Part shown: positions 54,926 to 61,864 of the stretch, piece after piece | Layout: each line of letters starts with the position of its first letter | Position numbering within the stretch: position 1 is the first letter of the stretch | Source of the DNA: a virus | Reading direction: 5' to 3' (one strand) | Virus record (IMG/VR): IMGVR_UViG_3300045988_114464 | Coordinates: 49,687 to 113,686 of that record | DNA: 64,000 nt | Notes under the pieces: model-generated | Told to the model about the DNA's origin: nothing | Seen by the model: only the letters and a program-made list of their open reading frames with translations | Databases searched by the model: none | Made by a program: the position numbers and the translations under genes

Positions 54926-55270
54926 TCACTCCCAATCAATCAGCACTTCGATATATCTCATTCTACACTGGTCATTCGGAACATCACCAGACACGACCCT
55001 ATATCCCTTTTGCTCAAGCGCTCTCATAAGTCGCTGTTCAGCCAATACAGAAATGAGGTTAGCATTGTACACGATACGAGGATTGACCGCTTGTGCATCG
55101 TTAATGCGCTTCATCATTTCAATGTGCATAGTGCTCTTGAGATAAGAGTAACCGCTTACGTCCTTGAAGCCCTGCTTACCCTTAGATAGATTGTTAAAGA
55201 TACCGATATTCTTACGAATCATCTTCATATATTCTTCCTTAGTCGGAAGTACGTTATAACTGTTTGCCAT
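54926..55270 (-). CDS. hypothetical protein
   Basis: 114-aa ORF; RBS ggaggaa. Confidence 0.5.
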   Translation of the reverse strand: MANSYNVLPTKEEYMKMIRKNIGIFNNLSKGKQGFKDVSGYSYLKSTMHIEMMKRINDAQAVNPRIVYNANLISVLAEQRLMRALEQKGYRVVSGDVPNDQCRMRYIEVLIDWE

Positions 55271-55272
55271 GT

Positions 55273-55491
55273 TTATTCCTCCGCCTTTACAATAAAACTT
55301 TTCTCAACAAGCCATGTATGATTACCCGAAGTGCCGCTATCTTCGCCCCAATTTACGAGAACCATTTTTTTATCCACCGTTGTCACTACCTCACCAATTA
55401 CTGTACAAGCGGGATAAAACTCAGGCAAAGCAATGTGTGCTACATTGCTCTTCATACGCACTTTATCACCAGCACAAAACCGAGTTTCCAT
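55273..55491 (-). CDS. small beta-barrel (SH3-like) domain protein
   Basis: GDKVRMK...YP..G.IGEVV....K.VLVNWG pattern, repeated twice in 59575-60753. Confidence 0.5.
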   Translation of the reverse strand: METRFCAGDKVRMKSNVAHIALPEFYPACTVIGEVVTTVDKKMVLVNWGEDSGTSGNHTWLVEKSFIVKAEE

Positions 55492-55503
55492 ATTTATTCT
55501 CCT

Positions 55504-55827
55504 TTATTTACGTTCAACATGATAGTTCATACCTGCTCTAAAAGATTCAATCAACAAATCCTTAATGATTTCTTGTTCTTTTGCGCTGAAATTCTTTAAG
55601 GCATTATCGTTAATGTTCTTTTCAATATAGTCCCATGACTCTGCTTTAGGTAGAACATAAGGCTTTAATTCATCTTCATCACACCAATGATTAAACTTTT
55701 CTCCTGTGACGAAATAATAATATCCACGACCATCACAGCTTACTTGGGTAACAATCCCCAGCGGAACTTTTGAGCGTTCTGATACTTCCTTAGTTACTTT
55801 GTCGCCAATCTTAAACTTTGCTTTCAT
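55504..55827 (-). CDS. hypothetical protein
   Basis: 107-aa ORF; RBS aaggagg. Confidence 0.5.
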   Translation of the reverse strand: MKAKFKIGDKVTKEVSERSKVPLGIVTQVSCDGRGYYYFVTGEKFNHWCDEDELKPYVLPKAESWDYIEKNINDNALKNFSAKEQEIIKDLLIESFRAGMNYHVERK

Positions 55828-55848
55828 AAAAACAACCTCCTTATTAAA

Positions 55849-56026
55849 TTAACCAAAAAGATAGTACACAGTAACAAGAGAAGTTACAAAATACATAATT
55901 AAGACGCATCCAAAAATAAATGCGTATTCTGAAGTAATAGCCAAATATAATAGCACTGCAAAAATAATAGTCCACAGCGAAATACCTAACGAAACCATAA
56001 TAATTGTACCTACCATAAAAAACAAC
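55849..56026 (-). CDS. small membrane protein
   Basis: RBS aaggagg before ATG 56026; almost entirely hydrophobic. Confidence 0.5.
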
Positions 56027-56084
56027 CTCCTTTGTTTATGTATCAATGATACCACAAAGGAGGTTGTATGTCAAGGGATTTTAT
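56027..56084 (-). promoter_or_regulatory. composite terminator hairpin with nested promoter and SD-containing 3' arm
   Basis: On the - strand: TTGACA, 17 nt, TATCAT. 12-nt arms AACCTCCTTTGT/ACAAAGGAGGTT, followed by gTTTTTT and the ATG. Confidence 0.6.
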
Positions 56085-56093
56085 GAAATTTTA

Positions 56094-56543
56094 TTAAAAG
56101 CCATATATAGAAATATCATATTCTACAGTAGCACTCCATTGATAATTACTACCCACTTGATGTGAAGAAAAATAACAAGGATATTGAGTACCTCCCACAG
56201 AAGAACTTACATTGTTATATTGCCAATATGAATTTCTCCTATAAGCAAATGCGCTACCTACCATTGTTGAACCACTTCCAGAAGTCGATAGTAATATACC
56301 ATCGTTTACTCCATAACCTGTTACTTGATTTCCCAACGAAGTATATAAAGATGATAAAGTGCCGTTTACATAAATATTAAATTTTATCAATAGCAAAGAA
56401 TATTCATCATCTACTGAAAAAGAATAAATATTGCAATCTGTTCTATTATATTCTTTGTTTATTGTCCCCGTTTTATGGTCGAGTAACGACAATGAAACAG
56501 AAGATGTTTCTGCTGAACCTTCCTTCATCACCTTGGCGTTCAT
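56094..56543 (-). CDS. hypothetical beta-rich protein (paralog 2 of the MxAKVMKE pair)
   Basis: ATG 56543 gives MNAKVMKEG...; preceded by the G-rich gtggggtgg. Confidence 0.55.
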   Translation of the reverse strand: MNAKVMKEGSAETSSVSLSLLDHKTGTINKEYNRTDCNIYSFSVDDEYSLLLIKFNIYVNGTLSSLYTSLGNQVTGYGVNDGILLSTSGSGSTMVGSAFAYRRNSYWQYNNVSSSVGGTQYPCYFSSHQVGSNYQWSATVEYDISIYGF

Positions 56544-56565
56544 GCTACCACCCCACTTTCGGAGT

Positions 56566-56877
56566 TTAGCCGAACGCAGTAAAATAAACCATTGTAGAGT
56601 ATTCGTGACCAATGTTGAACCGTAATGTATTTTCGTCCCAAGACATTTGAAATAGAATTATGTCGTGGTCTTCTAAGCCTTCTAAATTGTACACCTCGGT
56701 TTGACCATTGACAGCAATTCCGTATTTGTCCTGTCCGAATTTGACAGTAATAAAATATGGGTCGAATGAAAATGTTACTGTATACATTCGTGAATAGTGA
56801 ACCGATACCGATTGTACTTCGATTCGACAACTGTTGTTTTTCGAAGAAAACATTTCTTTCATTACTTTTGCATCCAT
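56566..56877 (-). CDS. hypothetical protein (paralog 1 of the MxAKVMKE pair)
   Basis: MDAKVMKEMF...; the ATG lies 8 nt after the G8 tract. Confidence 0.55.
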   Translation of the reverse strand: MDAKVMKEMFSSKNNSCRIEVQSVSVHYSRMYTVTFSFDPYFITVKFGQDKYGIAVNGQTEVYNLEGLEDHDIILFQMSWDENTLRFNIGHEYSTMVYFTAFG

Positions 56878-56885
56878 TACTTACG

Positions 56886-56893
56886 CCCCCCCC
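56886..56893 (-). repeat. G8 homopolymer 8 nt upstream of ATG 56877
   Basis: Direct count: C8 on the + strand. Confidence 0.95.
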
Positions 56894-56945
56894 AACTGAA
56901 CGAGAAGTTTGTAAGTTGTGAACATCAGGAGGATTGCTTACGCGC

Positions 56946-56990
56946 TCAACGTAAGCCCCCCCCCAGTGAAACAATGGTTTGGTTAATCAT
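56946..56990 (-). CDS. 14-codon leader ORF crossing the G9 tract
   Basis: RBS aaaggagg 9 nt before ATG 56990. Encodes MINQTIVSLGGGLR followed by a stop, as sequenced. Confidence 0.4.
   Translation of the reverse strand: MINQTIVSLGGGLR
56956..56964 (-). repeat. G9 homopolymer inside the leader ORF
   Basis: Direct count: C9 on the + strand. Confidence 0.95.
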
Positions 56991-57023
56991 AGACCAAATC
57001 CTCCTTTATAAATTATATTAACC

Positions 57024-57881
57024 TCACATAAAAGCAGAGGTTTGAATCTTAGTAATCATGTTGCTTAGAGCAACAGCAAGTTCTTGCCTTGTTACTTGCT
57101 TAGTAGGATTGAACTTACCGTGATTATCGCCTTGCATAACACCATACTTTGTTACGATTTCAACAGCATCACGCGCCCAATCATCGACATTATCCTTATC
57201 TTCGTACATCGCCAGTGGGTCTTTCTTTAGGTAAACGCAAAATGCGCTATCGACCTTGCGATTCTCAGAAGGATTGTTTACGACCTTGCCGTTGTGTAGC
57301 TTTCTTACACTGCCACCGCCATCAAGGTTCATAGCATAAACTGCATGATATTGTAGAAAAATTGCAGTCATTTGCTCAAAAGTCATACCGGGCTTATCTA
57401 CGGTCAGCACAAGAACATTACCAGTTTCGGTAACGCCAATAGCAGTACGAGCCGTTCTGTAATTCAACGTCTTAGCGTTGCCATATTCCTTGTTTGCCTT
57501 GCCGTCAATAACCAGCATAGGATAAGCGGTCATAAAGTCGCGCCATTCCTTCTCGTTATCCTTGCCATATTGTAGCGTCTGCGCCTTATAGCAAGTAGTA
57601 CCCATGCCTACAAAGCCATTCTTATAGTTTTGCTCAGCGTACATAGACACGAACGACATGACATTGTGCCCTGTTTTCATATCAAATAGACCGCCGTTTA
57701 CCATGATGTTCGGCTTGTTCTCAGCACGGTTATAGTAATGCTCAAGCATCTCTGTCGGCTCTGCCAGCTTACAGAACCTTACTTCTTGAATGCTGTCAAA
57801 AGGGATAATATCAAGCTGTGTATATTCATTTACATACACAGTCTGAAAAGCCATATATTCATTCAAAATAAATCTCTCCAA
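57024..57881 (-). CDS. phosphodiester glycosidase (NAGPA/DUF2233-like) domain protein with C-terminal SLH motif
   Basis: ...RTAIGV...NLDGGGS... core. The C-terminal WARDAVEIVTKYGVMQGDNHGKFNPTKQVTRQELAVAL fits an S-layer homology motif. Start uncertain. Confidence 0.6.
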   Translation of the reverse strand: MERFILNEYMAFQTVYVNEYTQLDIIPFDSIQEVRFCKLAEPTEMLEHYYNRAENKPNIMVNGGLFDMKTGHNVMSFVSMYAEQNYKNGFVGMGTTCYKAQTLQYGKDNEKEWRDFMTAYPMLVIDGKANKEYGNAKTLNYRTARTAIGVTETGNVLVLTVDKPGMTFEQMTAIFLQYHAVYAMNLDGGGSVRKLHNGKVVNNPSENRKVDSAFCVYLKKDPLAMYEDKDNVDDWARDAVEIVTKYGVMQGDNHGKFNPTKQVTRQELAVALSNMITKIQTSAFM

Positions 57882-59578
57882 TCATCATCGTCAGCAAGCG
57901 ACTTAACCTTGCTCTTAGGCGCAATCTCGTACTGTTGAATCATAGCTTGAGGATAGTAGCGACCGTTCCATTCGTTTGTACAAAGGGTTACTATTGCTTC
58001 AAATGTAAATTTGTCGTACTTTTCCCATTCAGCGGATTGTTCTTCACTTAGTCTAAACTTAATAAAATCTACGCCGTAAGCACTGATTTTACCTGTTGTT
58101 GTTTTCTTTCTGAATAAACGAACCCAGTTCTGATAGCAAGTAAACTTGACATAAAACGTAGGCTCAACAACACCACTACCTGCGCTACCCCACATATCTT
58201 TATATTCTTCACAGTTCATACAGAGTGGAAGATTGATTTGCTGTGGAGTCAACCTTGCTGTAACATCTATTGTATCACAAATTACATCATTTGTCAAGTG
58301 CGAATCGAGATATTTTAGAAGTTTTTTTAGATTGGCTTTAGGCATGATTAAGCCTGAAGCGCATTCGTGACCTTCAGCCTTGGCAAGTTGTGATTCATTG
58401 ATGATGCTTGCAATGGGGAAAGGTGAGCGCATACTACCAGAATATTGTGTTGGATTGACTGGACGCAGAACGAAAGACGGCTTATTCACAAGTGATAGCA
58501 TCTTATTCGCTACCAACCCAGTATAGTTAGCTTGCTCGTTCTCGATAAATCCAACAGCGGCTTTATGCTCATTATCCATATCTTCGCTGACTTTAGACAT
58601 AATCTCGTCTACTGTCTTACGTTGTTCATTTACAGCCTTACGAAGAACGGCAATACCACCTGCCATATCACATTCGCCAACAAGCGACTCAAAGAAAATA
58701 CGCTTGCCTTCTTGGTCATTACTGCGACATAGAGCATTGATTGGTGGAATACACCCAAAGGAAAAGCCGTGTGGGTCTGTTTCACCCTTGTAGTTTAGCG
58801 TCTGTACAAGTTCATTGAGTTCTGGCGCGTAGTCAAGATTCTTAATTCCGTCTATAAAATATGTTCGGTTCTCAAGACTCGTCATATCGCATACATCGCT
58901 AATTAGACTAACGGCGATAAAAGGTATATATTCTTGATAAATTTTAATCTCGGTAATTGGGTCTAAATAAAGTTCGCCATATCGCTCAATCAGCTTAAAG
59001 GTAACACCTGTACCTGACAAAGCCGTGTTTAGTCCAGTGCCGAGATGATGATTGACAACGGTAGCGTAGTTGTTGCTTGTAGGCGTAGTTTCATGGTGGT
59101 CACATACGATGGTCTGCACACCATTTTCCTTCAGCGTCATGCAAGGTTCATTGTCAGAACTGCCAGCGTCAGGAATGATTAGTAGCTTTGCGCCAGAATC
59201 AATAACTTGTTGTACCATGTTTTCTGTCGTTTTTAGCCCGTGTTGCTTCGCGGTATGGAATAGAACTTGAATTTTATCTTGAGGAACGTCAAGATATTCT
59301 TTCAGAAATTTGTACATTATGGCACTTGAAAGGTTGCCGTCAGTATCGCTGTCAACACAAATTGCAACTTTTTCGCCCTTTTCAACTGCTGTCTTAATCT
59401 CAGCACAAGCAACATCAATGTTAGGATAATTGCCAGCATAATCATAGCAATAAGCTACATCGCCATTACCAGAGAGGTCGATATAACGCTCGACCTCATC
59501 TTCCTTCACACCACAAGCGACAAGATATTCACGAATGAAATCTCCTGTGACTTTGTTTAATAGTGGGCGTACTTTCAT
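57863..59578 (-). CDS. recJ: RecJ-like DHH-family single-strand DNA exonuclease
   Basis: DHH family motifs CVDSDTDG, IIPDAGS, VCDHHE. Confidence 0.75.
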   Translation of the reverse strand: MKVRPLLNKVTGDFIREYLVACGVKEDEVERYIDLSGNGDVAYCYDYAGNYPNIDVACAEIKTAVEKGEKVAICVDSDTDGNLSSAIMYKFLKEYLDVPQDKIQVLFHTAKQHGLKTTENMVQQVIDSGAKLLIIPDAGSSDNEPCMTLKENGVQTIVCDHHETTPTSNNYATVVNHHLGTGLNTALSGTGVTFKLIERYGELYLDPITEIKIYQEYIPFIAVSLISDVCDMTSLENRTYFIDGIKNLDYAPELNELVQTLNYKGETDPHGFSFGCIPPINALCRSNDQEGKRIFFESLVGECDMAGGIAVLRKAVNEQRKTVDEIMSKVSEDMDNEHKAAVGFIENEQANYTGLVANKMLSLVNKPSFVLRPVNPTQYSGSMRSPFPIASIINESQLAKAEGHECASGLIMPKANLKKLLKYLDSHLTNDVICDTIDVTARLTPQQINLPLCMNCEEYKDMWGSAGSGVVEPTFYVKFTCYQNWVRLFRKKTTTGKISAYGVDFIKFRLSEEQSAEWEKYDKFTFEAIVTLCTNEWNGRYYPQAMIQQYEIAPKSKVKSLADDDDWRDLF

Positions 59579-60753
59579 ACGTTTACACCATTTACACGAA
59601 GATAATCACAAATCGGGATAAGAGCCTTAAAGTCAGGGCTGTGAATTGCTGGATAGCACTCTGGCATACCCCATTCGGGCTTGAACGTCAGAGACACACA
59701 CGTTTGATTACCAAAGTGCATCATTTTATTATACTCGCCAATCGCCCACTGTTTAATATAGCACAGACCCACTGGCTTATTTCCACAATACAGCGCCTTG
59801 ATAGAATCACTTCTAAACTGCTCTACCATTTCGTTAAACGGAATAGCTACATACATTTCACAATCTGGGTCATTGAGAACGTCAAATCCAAAAGACCATG
59901 AATCACCTGCGGAACTGTAAGCAATATCAGCATAAATTTCTGTCTTTCTACCGTTTTCACGAGAATAGGCGAAATTAGCTACATTATAGCTATTGTCATC
60001 CTTGTAGAAAGTGACAATCGTCTTACCGCCAAGCGCATCATCAATCGACTTTTTGCTCGGCTTCTTTCCTACCTTCGACTTAATAATAAAGCTACGACCC
60101 TTGGTAGCACGACCATAACCAGAGCGATATGCGGCGACAACCATCTTCTTGACAACAGAAGAATACATATCAATATCTCCAACACGGATTGGAACAAACT
60201 GGTTCAGTTTTGGCTTCAGCATTTCCCATACTTCGTCATCGGTGTAGTTAGGCTCAACTTCGTAAAACAGCTTAACATCGTCCTCATTGCACCACCGTGA
60301 CTTTGTGCCATCTTCCCAAACGTCAACACCCTCGGCATTGCCCCAATCAACCATTAGGGTATTCTCGCCAAACACTCCCGTGTCAATCATTTTTACAGTA
60401 CCAACAGTACCAACTACGGGGTAGAATTGACTTACCATTTCGTGCTTCTTAGCATTGGTGAAAACAACCTTATCACCAACCTTAAACTTGCTCATATTGC
60501 AAACTTCCTTTTGTGTATTTACTTGCGTATTTGCGTTGACTTTTGCTAATCTCTTCTCGCCGCACCACCAAGTATATTTGCCATTAAGATTACAGTTTAC
60601 TCCTGAATCTTGACCCCAATCAACAAGAGCCGTTTCATCGCGGAGCGAATACTGAACTACAACACCAATACTACCCTTTGCGGGATAATTCTCAGGATAT
60701 TTCGTGTGAAACTCATTTTCCATCATCATTACTTCATCGCCAACATTAAGCAT
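59575..60753 (-). CDS. hypothetical protein with two N-terminal SH3-like repeats
   Basis: ATG 60753 overlaps the upstream stop (TAATG). Repeats VGDEV...YP..G.IG.VV...VDWG and VGDKV...YP..GTVGTV...VDWG. Confidence 0.55.
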   Translation of the reverse strand: MLNVGDEVMMMENEFHTKYPENYPAKGSIGVVVQYSLRDETALVDWGQDSGVNCNLNGKYTWWCGEKRLAKVNANTQVNTQKEVCNMSKFKVGDKVVFTNAKKHEMVSQFYPVVGTVGTVKMIDTGVFGENTLMVDWGNAEGVDVWEDGTKSRWCNEDDVKLFYEVEPNYTDDEVWEMLKPKLNQFVPIRVGDIDMYSSVVKKMVVAAYRSGYGRATKGRSFIIKSKVGKKPSKKSIDDALGGKTIVTFYKDDNSYNVANFAYSRENGRKTEIYADIAYSSAGDSWSFGFDVLNDPDCEMYVAIPFNEMVEQFRSDSIKALYCGNKPVGLCYIKQWAIGEYNKMMHFGNQTCVSLTFKPEWGMPECYPAIHSPDFKALIPICDYLRVNGVNV

Positions 60754-61148
60754 TATCTTGCACGCTCCTTCATCTTGTCGCAAAAGCCCTGAAAACTATC
60801 GTGAATATAGTCCTTGACGAGACACATAACAGGATGGTCTACTTCATCAATCGCAATCCATGACTCGCACTCGTCATCTTCAAACGGACACCAATACTTG
60901 TCCTTGGTGTAAATTTTAAGAATCATATCTTCTTCGTCATACTCAATGTAATCGAAGCGAGATTCACTACTATGTTCACGAAACTTCTTGCTTGTGTCCT
61001 TCTCACGGCGGAACAGTGACGCTTCTTTAAGCATCTCACTCGCAAATTGAATGAAACTGTCAATAGGAATAAGCGATTCTGTTCCGTCAATCATGCCGAC
61101 ATAAACCAGCGGCTCACCTTCGTGCTTCAACACTTTACCAAAAAACAT
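60753..61148 (-). CDS. hypothetical protein
   Basis: 131-aa ORF; RBS aaggagg. Confidence 0.5.
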   Translation of the reverse strand: MFFGKVLKHEGEPLVYVGMIDGTESLIPIDSFIQFASEMLKEASLFRREKDTSKKFREHSSESRFDYIEYDEEDMILKIYTKDKYWCPFEDDECESWIAIDEVDHPVMCLVKDYIHDSFQGFCDKMKERAR

Positions 61149-61210
61149 ATTAAATAACCTCCTTGGTTTGTTTGTGAATACATTGTATCACATACCAAGG
61201 AGGTTGTCAA
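61149..61210 (-). promoter_or_regulatory. composite terminator hairpin with nested promoter and SD-containing 3' arm
   Basis: On the - strand: TTGACA, 17 nt (ending TGa), TACAAT. 11-nt arms AACCTCCTTGG/CCAAGGAGGTT. Homologous to the 56027-56095 region. Confidence 0.6.
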
Positions 61211-61216
61211 TAGAAA

Positions 61217-61864
61217 TTATGAAATTTTATTAGTCTTTCTTTGGTGATTACGAACGGGTGTAGTAAAGGCTTTTTCTATTGACCATTTACTTTGTCTAAT
61301 TCGACCAAATAATGTGCGATAATTTATATTTAATATTTCAGACCATTCTTTTAGTGTATGCGTAACTCCGTTATATTCAACAAAAAATGAATCTGTTTTA
61401 TTGTTGGCTTGCTGTTTTAATGTAGCCCAACGACAATTACTTGGCTCATAGTTACCGTTTACATCAATACGGTCGATAAATAGATTATCTTGATAACCAT
61501 TTGCTAAAGCCCATTCTTTGAATGTTTCAAAAGAATCTATCCATTCCTCGCAAACTTTAATTCCTCTACCGCCGTAATGCTCATAACCTCTACAATATGT
61601 TAAATAACAACGCTTTTTTATTCCATACCAAATATTAAACAATCGAGTGTTTGTTTCACCATGCTTTTTGTGACAACAACCGTTATAACAACCACAACTG
61701 GTTGTATTTCCAGTTACTAAAGCGTTACTTTTAACTTGAACCACGTTGCCACAATCACACTGACAAACCCAACGCACTTTGCCAGTTTTAGGGTCGTTTT
61801 CTCCTAAGTGTAATGCTGTCAATCGTCCGAAACGTTGCCCTGTTAAATCTTTAATCCTGCTCAT
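61217..61864 (-). CDS. free-standing HNH-like homing endonuclease (paralog family of three)
   Basis: LTGQRFGRLTAL...WVCQCDCG...SCGC; FIDRIDVNGNYEPSNCRWATLKQQANN. The ATG overlaps the holin stop. Confidence 0.65.
   Translation of the reverse strand: MSRIKDLTGQRFGRLTALHLGENDPKTGKVRWVCQCDCGNVVQVKSNALVTGNTTSCGCYNGCCHKKHGETNTRLFNIWYGIKKRCYLTYCRGYEHYGGRGIKVCEEWIDSFETFKEWALANGYQDNLFIDRIDVNGNYEPSNCRWATLKQQANNKTDSFFVEYNGVTHTLKEWSEILNINYRTLFGRIRQSKWSIEKAFTTPVRNHQRKTNKIS

Noticed and set aside
40685-56893. The near-identical flanks of the G8 at 40685 and the C8 at 56886 form inverted repeats that could mediate inversion of the 16-kb segment between them.
   Set aside because: Working through the recombinant junctions produces no sensible ORF fusion or promoter swap, and inversion would put essential replication genes in the opposite orientation. 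I therefore treat the similarity as a shared tract context rather than an invertible switch. This can only be excluded with read-pair evidence.
36879-56964. The homopolymer frameshifts as simple sequencing or assembly errors.
   Set aside because: This is not fully rejected. It seems less likely for three reasons. All five long G/C runs fall in 5' coding regions. The corrections needed have opposite signs. The flanks are conserved. Only read-level data can settle it.
56540-56974. 144-aa ORF overlapping the MDAKVMKE gene in another frame.
   Set aside because: Its Arg/Cys/Trp-rich composition is not protein-like and it has no RBS of its own. It is kept only as the read-through frame relevant to the two-tract leader hypothesis.
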